Shown here one piece after another: positions 45,274 to 54,306 of a DNA stretch of 64,000 nt. This DNA is from a bacterium (GTDB taxonomy: Bacteria; Patescibacteriota; Minisyncoccia; Phycocordibacterales; UBA12079). The notes under the pieces were generated by a model that was not told the origin of the DNA, did no database searches, and saw nothing but the letters and a program-made list of their open reading frames with translations. Position numbers and translations under genes: made by a program. Numbering within the stretch: position 1 is the stretch's first letter; every line of letters starts with the position of its first letter. The stretch is taken from contig JAGYLJ010000001.1 of the NCBI GenBank assembly GCA_018401295.1, positions 27,901 through 91,900 of the forward strand, given 5' to 3'.

Positions 45274-46164
45274 ATGGAACTATATATAAACACATTGAAA
45301 TATTTTAGGTTAGCGATAGCTGAATTTACTCCCACATTGAAAGGTCTGTATTCAAATACCAAAGATCCTCTTCTTAAAGAAGAACTAAATGATTTACTTG
45401 AAATATATGACGATATTGCAACAAAAATAGATAGATATAATTTAAATTATGATGACCCTAATCGTTTTTATGATGGAGAACCAGATGATATCGATTTTCC
45501 TATAGAGAAAGCTATGATCGAAGATCTCTCTTGCTTAAGTCTTAGGCTTCTTAATTCCTGGAAAGAAAAACTTACTAAATTGAATAATAAAAAATACTTA
45601 ACAGAAAAAAATAAAGAAGAGAAAAACAAGTTAGAAAAACTTATCTGGCCACTTGAAGCAATAGCCAAAAGTAGCAGTTCTGTAATTGGTCGTTGTTCAA
45701 AGAAAGGCCCTCTTGTATTCCCTGGCGAGAATACCTTCGCAAAAGAAAATATAGAAGATAATAATTTAGATATTATTATGTTTCCAGTTTCTTTATTGTC
45801 AAAATTACCAAAAGATTTATCTTTATTGTGTAATGAGTTTAATTTTTGCTATAAGAATCAAAAAAATAATGCAGGAATTCTTTTGTTAAGAAAAATTTTA
45901 CCTTTTTCGATAGTAAGAAAATTTCAAATAGAAAATAAAGAAAATGAAATAAAAGATTCAAAGGGTGATTATTTGGAAACTAAGAGTTTGTTAGGCAATG
46001 TGGAGAAGCTTTTAAGCAACAAAAGGATTTTTAAAGAAATTAGTAATAGCAAGATATTACTAGATAGTTCTCAGCATTCTTATACATTAACTGTTGATTA
46101 TACGGATGTTCAAGGAGTGGCTCTTAATTTAAGAGTATTTCTTGATGACATTTTTAATTCTTAA
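45274..46164 (+). CDS. Unknown protein embedded between hsdM and hsdS (P2); the C-terminal ~110 aa are DUF4145-like
   Basis: ATG sits 1 nt after the P1 stop. 'AGILLLRKILPFSIVRKF...LLGNVEKLL..KRIFKEI...LLDSSQHSY...DVQGVALNLRVFLDDIF' resembles the DUF4145 helical pattern seen in R-M/Abi contexts (by eye). Confidence 0.45.
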   Translation: MELYINTLKYFRLAIAEFTPTLKGLYSNTKDPLLKEELNDLLEIYDDIATKIDRYNLNYDDPNRFYDGEPDDIDFPIEKAMIEDLSCLSLRLLNSWKEKLTKLNNKKYLTEKNKEEKNKLEKLIWPLEAIAKSSSSVIGRCSKKGPLVFPGENTFAKENIEDNNLDIIMFPVSLLSKLPKDLSLLCNEFNFCYKNQKNNAGILLLRKILPFSIVRKFQIENKENEIKDSKGDYLETKSLLGNVEKLLSNKRIFKEISNSKILLDSSQHSYTLTVDYTDVQGVALNLRVFLDDIFNS

Positions 46165-46166
46165 TT

Positions 46167-47312
46167 ATGAAAACCAAACAAATACAAAAGAATATTCCAA
46201 AAGGTTGGGAGCCAAAAACTATAAATGATATTTGTGAGAATTTAGATAATTTAAGAAAACCTGTAACAAAATCAGAAAGAGATCCTGGTTCGATTCCTTA
46301 TTATGGGGCAACAGGGATTGTTGATTATGTAAAAGATTTTATTTTTAATGAAAAACTTTTACTTGTTGGAGAAGACGGGGCTGATTGGTCTAAATTTGCA
46401 GATTCTTCTTATATTATAGAAGGAAAAAGTTGGGTAAATAATCACGCTCATGTTTTAAGATGTAAAAAAGCAAATATTTATTTTGTAAAAGAGTTTTTAA
46501 ATTACAACAATCTTGGAAATTATATAACAGGGACAACAAGAGGAAAATTAAACAAACAAGCTTTGATGTCTTTAAAATTAATTTTTCCTCCAATTAACGA
46601 ACAAAAAAAGATTGCGGAGATTTTGGAAACTGTTGATAAAGAAATAGAAAAAACTGATGAGATTATAGAAAAAACAGAAAAGTTGAAGAAAGGGTTAATG
46701 CAAAAACTTTTTGAGAAAAAGAATGGTTGGAAAGAAGTTAGTTTAAAGAAAGTAACAGAAAAAATAGGAGATGGTTTACATGGAACACCGAATTATTCTT
46801 TTGATTCAGAATTTTATTTTATTAATGGGAATAATTTATCTGACAGGCAAATAAATATATATCCAGAAACAAAAAGAATTTCTGAAGAAGAATATCTTTT
46901 TCACAAAAAAGATTTGAATAAAAAATCAATACTTTTATCTATTAACGGAACGATTGGAAATATAGGTTTCTACAATAATGAGAAAGTAGCCTTAGGTAAA
47001 AGCGCATGTTATATCAATTGCAAAAAAGATATCATTAAAGAATTTATAGCATATCAATTGGAGAGTCGCAGGATCGTTGATTATTTTACAAAAAGTTTGA
47101 CAGGAACAACAATTAAAAATTTATCACTTACTACGATCAGGCAAACACCTATCTTAAAACCAAGTACTGAAGAACAACAAAAAATTGCAGAAATTCTTTC
47201 AGCTGTCGATGAAAAGATTTCATTTAATAAAAAATTAAAAGAAAAACTAACTCAACTAAAAAAAGGTCTAATGCAGGATCTTTTAAGTGGTGAGGTTAGG
47301 GTTAATATTTAG
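46167..47312 (+). CDS. hsdS: Type I R-M specificity subunit HsdS
   Basis: Two TRDs separated by the conserved helices 'PPINEQKKIAEILETVDKEIEKTDEIIEKTEKLKKGLMQKLF' and 'STEEQQKIAEILSAVDEKI...LKKGLMQDLLSG'. Confidence 0.85.
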   Translation: MKTKQIQKNIPKGWEPKTINDICENLDNLRKPVTKSERDPGSIPYYGATGIVDYVKDFIFNEKLLLVGEDGADWSKFADSSYIIEGKSWVNNHAHVLRCKKANIYFVKEFLNYNNLGNYITGTTRGKLNKQALMSLKLIFPPINEQKKIAEILETVDKEIEKTDEIIEKTEKLKKGLMQKLFEKKNGWKEVSLKKVTEKIGDGLHGTPNYSFDSEFYFINGNNLSDRQINIYPETKRISEEEYLFHKKDLNKKSILLSINGTIGNIGFYNNEKVALGKSACYINCKKDIIKEFIAYQLESRRIVDYFTKSLTGTTIKNLSLTTIRQTPILKPSTEEQQKIAEILSAVDEKISFNKKLKEKLTQLKKGLMQDLLSGEVRVNI

Positions 47313-47318
47313 AATATT

Positions 47319-48296
47319 ATGAATGATTATTTAAAAATAGATGAAATAACAAAAAGAATAAAATTAAATGAAACTAATGAATCTATTAGACTTTTCGGTG
47401 AGTTAATAGACAGCATTCCTGCTAATTCGACATATATTAATTGGGATCATCGATGGATAAAATCAGTTTATGACTTAGGAAAAGTTTTTGAGACAAAGAA
47501 CCCAGAAGTTTATTTGTCTAAGATAAATAGTTCTTTGGCAGAATTTAGTAATAAAAAAGAAGTCATTCATTTTATACAGTCTGAAATTATTTTTAATTAT
47601 TTTTCAGAAGACCAGACTTTTGTAAGAGAATCTTTAAAAGAATTAAAAAATAATTATCCGACTAATCCTGAGTTTTGTCATAATTATTCTCATGTATTAG
47701 ATAATGATGGTGGACATAAAGAATCTTTAAAATTACTTGAGCATTGTATAAAAATTGATCCTTGTGACCGATTTGTCTACACCTATATTAATAGGGTCAG
47801 AAATACTTTTAATAAATTTTTATCAAAAAATCAAATAAGTGAAGGTGAAGTTATTTTAAAAAATGCTAACAAACTTTTTGATTCAATGTCTTTGGCTAAT
47901 AAATTTCCAATTTATTCAAATGTGTTAGCTCAATTTCGTGATAGGTTAGAGGATCATAAGACTATACAGAACAAAATTTCTAAAATTGATGGAATTATAT
48001 CAAGAAGAACTGAATCTTTAAGAAACCGTTTTATTTCCATGATAGGTGTTTTTGCCGCTATTATAGCTTTCATCTTAACCTCGGTTAATATAGCAATTTC
48101 CAACCTTGATATAAAAGATATAATGCTGTTAATGTTAACCATGGCAGATGTTTTGATAATTTTTGCCCTTAGTCTTGATTATATATTTTATATAAGAAGA
48201 AAAGGAAAGTCATTTTTTAGTTTTTTAGAAGATAAACAGTTTTGGGGTATTATTATTTTGTTAATTTTATTATATATACTATATAAAACGGTTTAG
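47319..48296 (+). CDS. Unknown helical-repeat protein with a C-terminal three-TM module, embedded between hsdS and hsdR (P3)
   Basis: 325-aa ORF. TM helices 'MIGVFAAIIAFILTSVNIAI', 'IMLLMLTMADVLIIFALSL' and 'FWGIIILLILLYILY'. Confidence 0.5.
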   Translation: MNDYLKIDEITKRIKLNETNESIRLFGELIDSIPANSTYINWDHRWIKSVYDLGKVFETKNPEVYLSKINSSLAEFSNKKEVIHFIQSEIIFNYFSEDQTFVRESLKELKNNYPTNPEFCHNYSHVLDNDGGHKESLKLLEHCIKIDPCDRFVYTYINRVRNTFNKFLSKNQISEGEVILKNANKLFDSMSLANKFPIYSNVLAQFRDRLEDHKTIQNKISKIDGIISRRTESLRNRFISMIGVFAAIIAFILTSVNIAISNLDIKDIMLLMLTMADVLIIFALSLDYIFYIRRKGKSFFSFLEDKQFWGIIILLILLYILYKTV

Positions 48297-48310
48297 AAAT
48301 AATTAAATAT

Positions 48311-51217
48311 ATGAAATTCAACGAACAATATACAATAGAAAACTACATAATTAAGTTTTTAGAAAAAGAGCTTGGTTTTGAATATATAAAACCGCAGGAT
48401 TTTGCAAAACTGCGGGAATTTGAGAATGAATATATTATTTCTTCTCTTTTACTTGATGCTATAAAAAAGATAAACAATATATCTGAAGAAGAAGCAAAAT
48501 CTGTTTTGAGAGAAGTTAAAAAAATAGATAACAATGAAGATTTTCTTAAAGCTTTTCGCAACGGAATAAATCTTAAAGATTCTGAAACTGGAAAAATGCG
48601 AGATTATTTTATTGTTGACTTTGATAATTTAGAAAACAATCAGTTTGTAGTTACGAATCAATTTTATTTTGAAGGTAATTCTGAAAATATAAGAACTGAT
48701 GTTTTGGTTTTTTTGAACGGTTTGCCCGTTGTTAATATAGAAGCAAAAAGTCCAACGGCTTCAAGTAATGTAAATTATGCAAATGCAGTTGGACAGATTA
48801 AAAGATATGAAAGGAATGCTTTTAAACTTTTCTGGCCGAATTGTTTTAATATTGCAACTGATGGATTAGAAACTGTTTACGGTGCTACTTATTCTCCCGT
48901 TCAATATTTTTTGAGGTGGAAAGAGGAGGAGAAAAACAAAAAATATGATGATGAACTCGAGAATACTTTGTTTGCTTTATTAGAGCAAGAAAGATTATTG
49001 GATATAATTAGAAACTTTATTTTATTTGAAAAAGAAAAAGAGCAAACTATTAAAAAAATTGCCCGTTATCAACAACTTCGAGCAACAAATAAGATTATAG
49101 AAAGAGTTAAAGATGGAAATACAAAACGAGGACTTATTTGGCACACTCAAGGATCAGGAAAATCCTTGACGATGTTTTTCACTGCTTGGAAATTGAGATT
49201 TAATAAAGAATTAAAAAATCCTAAGATATTTATCTTAGTTGATAGAATTGATCTTGATGATCAAATTTATGAAACTTTTATAAATTGTGGCGGTGAAAAT
49301 GTCGTTAGGGTAAATTCTCGTCTTGACCTCGAGAAAAAAATAAAATCATCAGAGAGAGGTATCTTCATTTCAACTATTCAGAAATTTTCTGAATTAGGAA
49401 ATGATGTAAAAAATCTTGATGAAAATATAATTGTGCTTTCGGATGAAGCTCATCGAGATAATGAAGGAATTTCGGCTATTAATCTTCGCGACTCAATGGA
49501 GAATGCCTTTTTTTTCGGGTTTACAGGAACACCGATTGATAGGATTACCTTAAACACTCATAGAAATTTTGGAGCAGAAGGAGAAAGATATCTTGATTAT
49601 TATTCAATTAAACAAGCGATTGATGACGGAACAACTCTACCTGTTACCTATGAGGCGAGATTGTCAAAGTTTTTTATTGATGAAGAAAAATTGGATAAAC
49701 AATTTGAGGAATTAACTAGAGATTTATCTAGTAAAGAAAAGGAATCAATCTCTAAAAAGTACGGAAAGAAAGAAGCTATTGTAAAACTTGATAGAAGAAT
49801 GCAAGCCGTGGCTCAGGATATTGTTGAACATTATAAATTATATGTTGAACCAGCTGGATTTAAAGCTCAGGTTGTTTGTTATGACAGAGAGGCTACAGCC
49901 AAGTATAAAGAACTATTAGACCAACTCGTACCTAAAGAGTGGTCGGCGGTTATTTATTCTGCTGGTGATCCAAATACAAGTCCCGAAGATTTACAAAAAT
50001 ATAACACTACTAAAGCAAAGAGAGAAAAATTAATAAATGAATTTAAAGATCCAAATAGCCCATTAAAGTTTTTGTTGGTGTGCGATATGCTTTTAACTGG
50101 TTTTGATGCTCCAATTGAACAAGTGATGTATTTAGACAAACCACTTTGGGATCACAATCTTTTGCAAGCTATTGCCCGAACAAATAGAATCTATCCAAAC
50201 AAAGGAGCAGGGAAAATTATTGATTACTATGGAATCACAAAAAGTTTGCATTTAGCTTTAAAATTTGATGAAAGTGAAATTGATTCAGTAATGATAAATA
50301 TCGACAAACTTAAAGAAGAATTTAAGGATGTCCTTGATGAGATTATGGATATTTTTGTAAATGTAAATATCGAAGATCCTTCAATTGAGAATCTTCGTCG
50401 TTGTTTGAAAATTTTTGCTGAAAATAATGAGAAGCAAAAATTCTTCCGTGAAAAATATGGTAGGTTGAAACTTTTATTTGAAGTTTTATCCCCTGACCCT
50501 TTTCTTAAAGGATTTGTGAGAAAATTTGAATGGTTAACTAGTGTTTATATTGCTTTCAGTAAGGAGTTTGGAGAAAGTGCTTATGATTCAGAAGTTCTAG
50601 CAGAATATGGAGAAAAAGTTAAACAACTAATTCAGGATAGAGTTGACTATGAAGGAATAACAAAGAACTTTAGAGAATTAAATATAAATGATTTATACGT
50701 AATGGAGAGACTCAATAAAATGGATGATGAAGAAAAAGCATTGAATTTAGAAAAAATGTTAAAACAAGAAATTTCTTTAAACATTGATACAAATCCAGCT
50801 TATAAAAAGTTTAGTGAGAGATTGTCTGCCATTAGAAAAGAGTTTGAAAAAAATCAGATTGATTTATCTGAAAGAATTAAACGATATCAAAAATTACTTG
50901 GGGATATAAAAAAGAAAGGTGATGAAGCTAAAGAACTTGGATATTCTCTCAAAGAATATGGTCTTTTCGTTATGTCTGAAGAGTTTATTAAGGGGGATAA
51001 AAATATAATAAGAGAATTTATTCAAGATATGTCTAAAAGAATTGAGAATGTTCTTGACGAAGGTTGGCAGGAATCTTCAAAACGAGATGAATTTTTGAAA
51101 GAAGTTAAAAGAATTATTCAAGAATTAGTTCTAAAAGAATATAGAGAACAAGTTGAGGTTTTGGACTTTCATAAGTATTTAAATCGTTTAGTTGATTTAG
51201 TAATTAAAAAGTTTTAA
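48311..51217 (+). CDS. hsdR: Type I R-M restriction subunit HsdR
   Basis: N-terminal nuclease 'DVLVFLNGLPVVNIEAKS', helicase motifs 'HTQGSGKSLTM', 'VLSDEAHR', 'FGFTGTP' and 'QAIARTNR'. Confidence 0.9.
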   Translation: MKFNEQYTIENYIIKFLEKELGFEYIKPQDFAKLREFENEYIISSLLLDAIKKINNISEEEAKSVLREVKKIDNNEDFLKAFRNGINLKDSETGKMRDYFIVDFDNLENNQFVVTNQFYFEGNSENIRTDVLVFLNGLPVVNIEAKSPTASSNVNYANAVGQIKRYERNAFKLFWPNCFNIATDGLETVYGATYSPVQYFLRWKEEEKNKKYDDELENTLFALLEQERLLDIIRNFILFEKEKEQTIKKIARYQQLRATNKIIERVKDGNTKRGLIWHTQGSGKSLTMFFTAWKLRFNKELKNPKIFILVDRIDLDDQIYETFINCGGENVVRVNSRLDLEKKIKSSERGIFISTIQKFSELGNDVKNLDENIIVLSDEAHRDNEGISAINLRDSMENAFFFGFTGTPIDRITLNTHRNFGAEGERYLDYYSIKQAIDDGTTLPVTYEARLSKFFIDEEKLDKQFEELTRDLSSKEKESISKKYGKKEAIVKLDRRMQAVAQDIVEHYKLYVEPAGFKAQVVCYDREATAKYKELLDQLVPKEWSAVIYSAGDPNTSPEDLQKYNTTKAKREKLINEFKDPNSPLKFLLVCDMLLTGFDAPIEQVMYLDKPLWDHNLLQAIARTNRIYPNKGAGKIIDYYGITKSLHLALKFDESEIDSVMINIDKLKEEFKDVLDEIMDIFVNVNIEDPSIENLRRCLKIFAENNEKQKFFREKYGRLKLLFEVLSPDPFLKGFVRKFEWLTSVYIAFSKEFGESAYDSEVLAEYGEKVKQLIQDRVDYEGITKNFRELNINDLYVMERLNKMDDEEKALNLEKMLKQEISLNIDTNPAYKKFSERLSAIRKEFEKNQIDLSERIKRYQKLLGDIKKKGDEAKELGYSLKEYGLFVMSEEFIKGDKNIIREFIQDMSKRIENVLDEGWQESSKRDEFLKEVKRIIQELVLKEYREQVEVLDFHKYLNRLVDLVIKKF

Positions 51218-51219
51218 AA

Positions 51220-51792
51220 ATGGAGAAAAAAATAACTCTAAAAAATAAAAAAATATCCTATACTCTCAAAAAAAGTAAAAGGGCGAGAAGAATGAGATTG
51301 GCTGTTTATTGTGATGGTGCAGTAGTGGTGACAACACCTTTTGATTTAAAAGAGAATATCGTTGAAAGATTTTTGAGAGAAAAATCTCAATGGGTGTTTT
51401 CAAAATTAGATTTTTTTAAACAATTTGAAGATAAATCTATTACTAAATATAGTCATGAAGATTATTTAAAATTTAAAAAAGATGCTTATATTTTAGCGGA
51501 AAATAGATTGGAATACTTTAATAAAACATATAAACTTAAGTACAATAAGATAAGTATAAAAAATCAAAAAACCCGTTGGGGCAGTTGTTCTAAAAAAGGT
51601 AATTTAAATTTTAATTATAAAATTGTTTTACTTCCAAAAAATCTCGCTGATTATATTATTGTGCATGAGTTATGCCATCTAAAAGAATTCAATCATTCAA
51701 AAAAGTTTTGGAATTTGGTTTCAAAAGTGATGTCAGATTATTTAGATATTCGGAAAAATCTTAAAAAAAACGGTTATCAATTTTATAAATAA
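51220..51792 (+). CDS. YgjP-like (DUF45/M48-type) metallopeptidase
   Basis: 'TRWGSCS' and 'IIVHELCHLKEFNHSKKFW' (HExxH). A common hsdR neighbour. Confidence 0.8.
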   Translation: MEKKITLKNKKISYTLKKSKRARRMRLAVYCDGAVVVTTPFDLKENIVERFLREKSQWVFSKLDFFKQFEDKSITKYSHEDYLKFKKDAYILAENRLEYFNKTYKLKYNKISIKNQKTRWGSCSKKGNLNFNYKIVLLPKNLADYIIVHELCHLKEFNHSKKFWNLVSKVMSDYLDIRKNLKKNGYQFYK

Positions 51793-51797
51793 AAACT

Positions 51798-52556
51798 ATG
51801 TCAGAATATTATAAATCACAGAGAAAAGATGCGTATAATTACGGGGGGAAGCAGTGGAAACTGAGTCGTTCTAAGATAGATTTGTTTCGGCAATGTCCTC
51901 GTTGTTTTTATATTGATAATAAACTGGGGACGAAGAGACCTCCAGGTTTTCCTTTTGCTATAAACAGTGCTGTCGATACTCTACTTAAAAAAGAATTTGA
52001 TATACATAGAGCAAAAGAAGAACAACATCCTTTGCAGAAACAATATGGTGTAGATGCTAGACCAGTAGCTCATGAGGAGTTGGATATTTGGAGGGAGAAT
52101 TTTAAAGGTGTTCGTTATGAAGATAAAAAAACTGGTTTTGTAATCACAGGGGCTATTGATGATCTTTGGATAAATAGTAAGGGAGAATATATTGTTGTCG
52201 ATTATAAAGCGACAGCTAAAGATGAGCCAGTTGTAGAATTAAATAAGGAATGGCAAGACGGATATAAAAGACAAATGGAAATTTATCAGTGGTTGTTGAG
52301 AAAAAATGGGTTGAAAGTTTCTAATACAGGATATTTTGTTTACTGCACAGGGAAGTTAGATCGGAAAGCTTTTGACGGAAAGATTGATTTTGATGTGAAT
52401 TTGATTGCCTATGAAGGGAATGATAGTTGGGTGGAAGGTATAATTAGGGAAATTAAAAAATGTTTAGATAGTGAAAAAATTCCAGAGTCAGGAAAAGACT
52501 GTGATTATTGTGATTATTTTAATACCAGGTTGGGTCATGAGAAAAATAAACTATGA
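51798..52556 (+). CDS. PD-(D/E)XK nuclease with Cys clusters (Cas4/RecB-like)
   Basis: N-terminal 'CPRCFY', core 'GAIDDLW...YIVVDYKAT', 'QMEIYQWLL' (QxxxY) and C-terminal 'CDYCDY'. Confidence 0.65.
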   Translation: MSEYYKSQRKDAYNYGGKQWKLSRSKIDLFRQCPRCFYIDNKLGTKRPPGFPFAINSAVDTLLKKEFDIHRAKEEQHPLQKQYGVDARPVAHEELDIWRENFKGVRYEDKKTGFVITGAIDDLWINSKGEYIVVDYKATAKDEPVVELNKEWQDGYKRQMEIYQWLLRKNGLKVSNTGYFVYCTGKLDRKAFDGKIDFDVNLIAYEGNDSWVEGIIREIKKCLDSEKIPESGKDCDYCDYFNTRLGHEKNKL

Positions 52557-53287
52557 AAAAGGATTATAAAGTAAAAATTGATGATAATTATCACTCTATG
52601 GATGGAAGTAGAATAATGTCAGATAGATCTTATGTTACTCTTGAGGAAGCGATTGAAAGGTGTAAAGAGCTTACAATAAGAAGTTTAGGAGAGATGTATG
52701 AAAAGGGAATATCTCCAGAAAAACTTTCGGCTCAGTGGGCAATGTTTGGAGATGATCCATTTATAATGGGAGTAGAGGGGAAAGTACCTTTTTCTGCAAG
52801 AGTTTTTATTAATAGAACTATTTGTGAGAAGGTAATTAAAGATATGGAAATAAAAGAAGAAAATAGAAAAAATATGTTTGAAAAATCAGTTGAGATAGCT
52901 ACGAAAGCTCATGCTGGTCAGGTTGATAAAGCTGGAGCTGAATATATTCAGCATCCTATTCGGCTTGCAGAGAAAGTGGAATCGTTAGAAGAGAAAACTG
53001 TCGCTATGTTGCATGATGTTGTTGAAGATAGTGATTATTCTTTTGAAGATTTGAAAAAAGAAGGTTTTAGCCAAGAAATAATTGATGCTGTTGAGTGTTT
53101 AACGAAAAGAGAGGGAGAAGAATATTTTAGTTTTATTAAACGAGTTAAACGAAATCATTTAGCTACAGCAGTAAAAATTGCAGATTTAAAGGATAATTCA
53201 AATCTTGAAAGGATACCTAATCCAACACAGGTGGATATAGATAGAGTTGAGAAGTATAAAAAAGCTTTGGTTTATCTTGAAGATTAA
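52553..53287 (+). CDS. HD-domain hydrolase of the RelA/SpoT (small alarmone hydrolase) type with an unknown ~105-aa N-terminal domain
   Basis: 'KAHAGQVDKAGAEYIQHPIRLAE' and 'AMLHDVVEDS'. ATGA overlap with the upstream gene. Confidence 0.7.
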   Translation: MKKDYKVKIDDNYHSMDGSRIMSDRSYVTLEEAIERCKELTIRSLGEMYEKGISPEKLSAQWAMFGDDPFIMGVEGKVPFSARVFINRTICEKVIKDMEIKEENRKNMFEKSVEIATKAHAGQVDKAGAEYIQHPIRLAEKVESLEEKTVAMLHDVVEDSDYSFEDLKKEGFSQEIIDAVECLTKREGEEYFSFIKRVKRNHLATAVKIADLKDNSNLERIPNPTQVDIDRVEKYKKALVYLED

Positions 53288-53437
53288 AAAGATTTAAAAA
53301 TAATTTTGATTGTATAAAATAAATTGATTTTTTTTGAGGAGGTGACTGAAAATTTGTGAAGAAATTTTCAAGATTAGAAATCTATCTACCAGAAGGCGGG
53401 TTTTAGATATTAAATTATTAATTAATTAAAAAATATT

Positions 53438-54301
53438 ATGAAAGTTCAAAACATAAAAGATAAACTAACAAGAAAAAACATTTTTATTGTTTGTCTATTA
53501 CTTTTTCTTATCTTTGTCTTTTCAAAATTTGTTATTAATTTTGATAGCAATACCTCGATTAATTATAGTGAGCTTAGCAAAAATAAAACTATAAATAAAA
53601 ATCTAACTTATGATTTAGCACAATACGAATTTAACACATATAAAGGAGACTTTGTTGAATGGGGAGGAAGAGTTTTTATAGAACCTGATTACGACAGTAA
53701 AGGGGTTTATTTACAAATTTTTTATAAAGATATATCGGAAAAACCTTTTATTGTTTTTTTAAATAATCCTAGCTTTAAAATCAAAGATGGTGATTATGTA
53801 ATTATAAAAGGTTGGGTTATAGATATTTATGAAGGTAAAAACCTTTTAGGCGGGATAATCAATGGTATAAATATTTTAGCTGATTCTATAGATATAACTA
53901 AAAGATCTAACGCTATTGCTCCAGCAGAAAAAACTTTAACAATTAACGAAACTAAAACACAAAATAATTTTTCAGTTACTGTTGAAAAGGTAGAAATAGC
54001 AAAAGAAGAAACGAGAATTTATTTAAGTGTTAAAAATTCTAGCCAAGACAAAGTAAGTTTTTATACTTATGACTCTAAGATAGTTCAAGGTGACAAACAA
54101 ATAGAGATTAAAAATATATTTGAGAATGAAGAAGAATTACCAAACGAATTTTTACCTAATGTAGAGATGGAGGGGGTTATTATATTTTCACCAATAGATT
54201 ATACTAAGAAATCTTTAATACTTTATTTAGATACACCATATTCTCGTGATTTTCGTCTTGATTTTGAAGAATTCATTTTTGATATTAATTTATTTAATTA
54301 A
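53438..54301 (+). CDS. Membrane-anchored protein with a DUF4352-like Ig-fold C-terminal domain
   Basis: N-terminal TM. 'FSVTVEKVEIAKEETRIYLSVKNSS.DKVSF...EGVIIFSPI' fits the pattern. Confidence 0.4.
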   Translation: MKVQNIKDKLTRKNIFIVCLLLFLIFVFSKFVINFDSNTSINYSELSKNKTINKNLTYDLAQYEFNTYKGDFVEWGGRVFIEPDYDSKGVYLQIFYKDISEKPFIVFLNNPSFKIKDGDYVIIKGWVIDIYEGKNLLGGIINGINILADSIDITKRSNAIAPAEKTLTINETKTQNNFSVTVEKVEIAKEETRIYLSVKNSSQDKVSFYTYDSKIVQGDKQIEIKNIFENEEELPNEFLPNVEMEGVIIFSPIDYTKKSLILYLDTPYSRDFRLDFEEFIFDINLFN

Positions 54302-54306
54302 AAATT

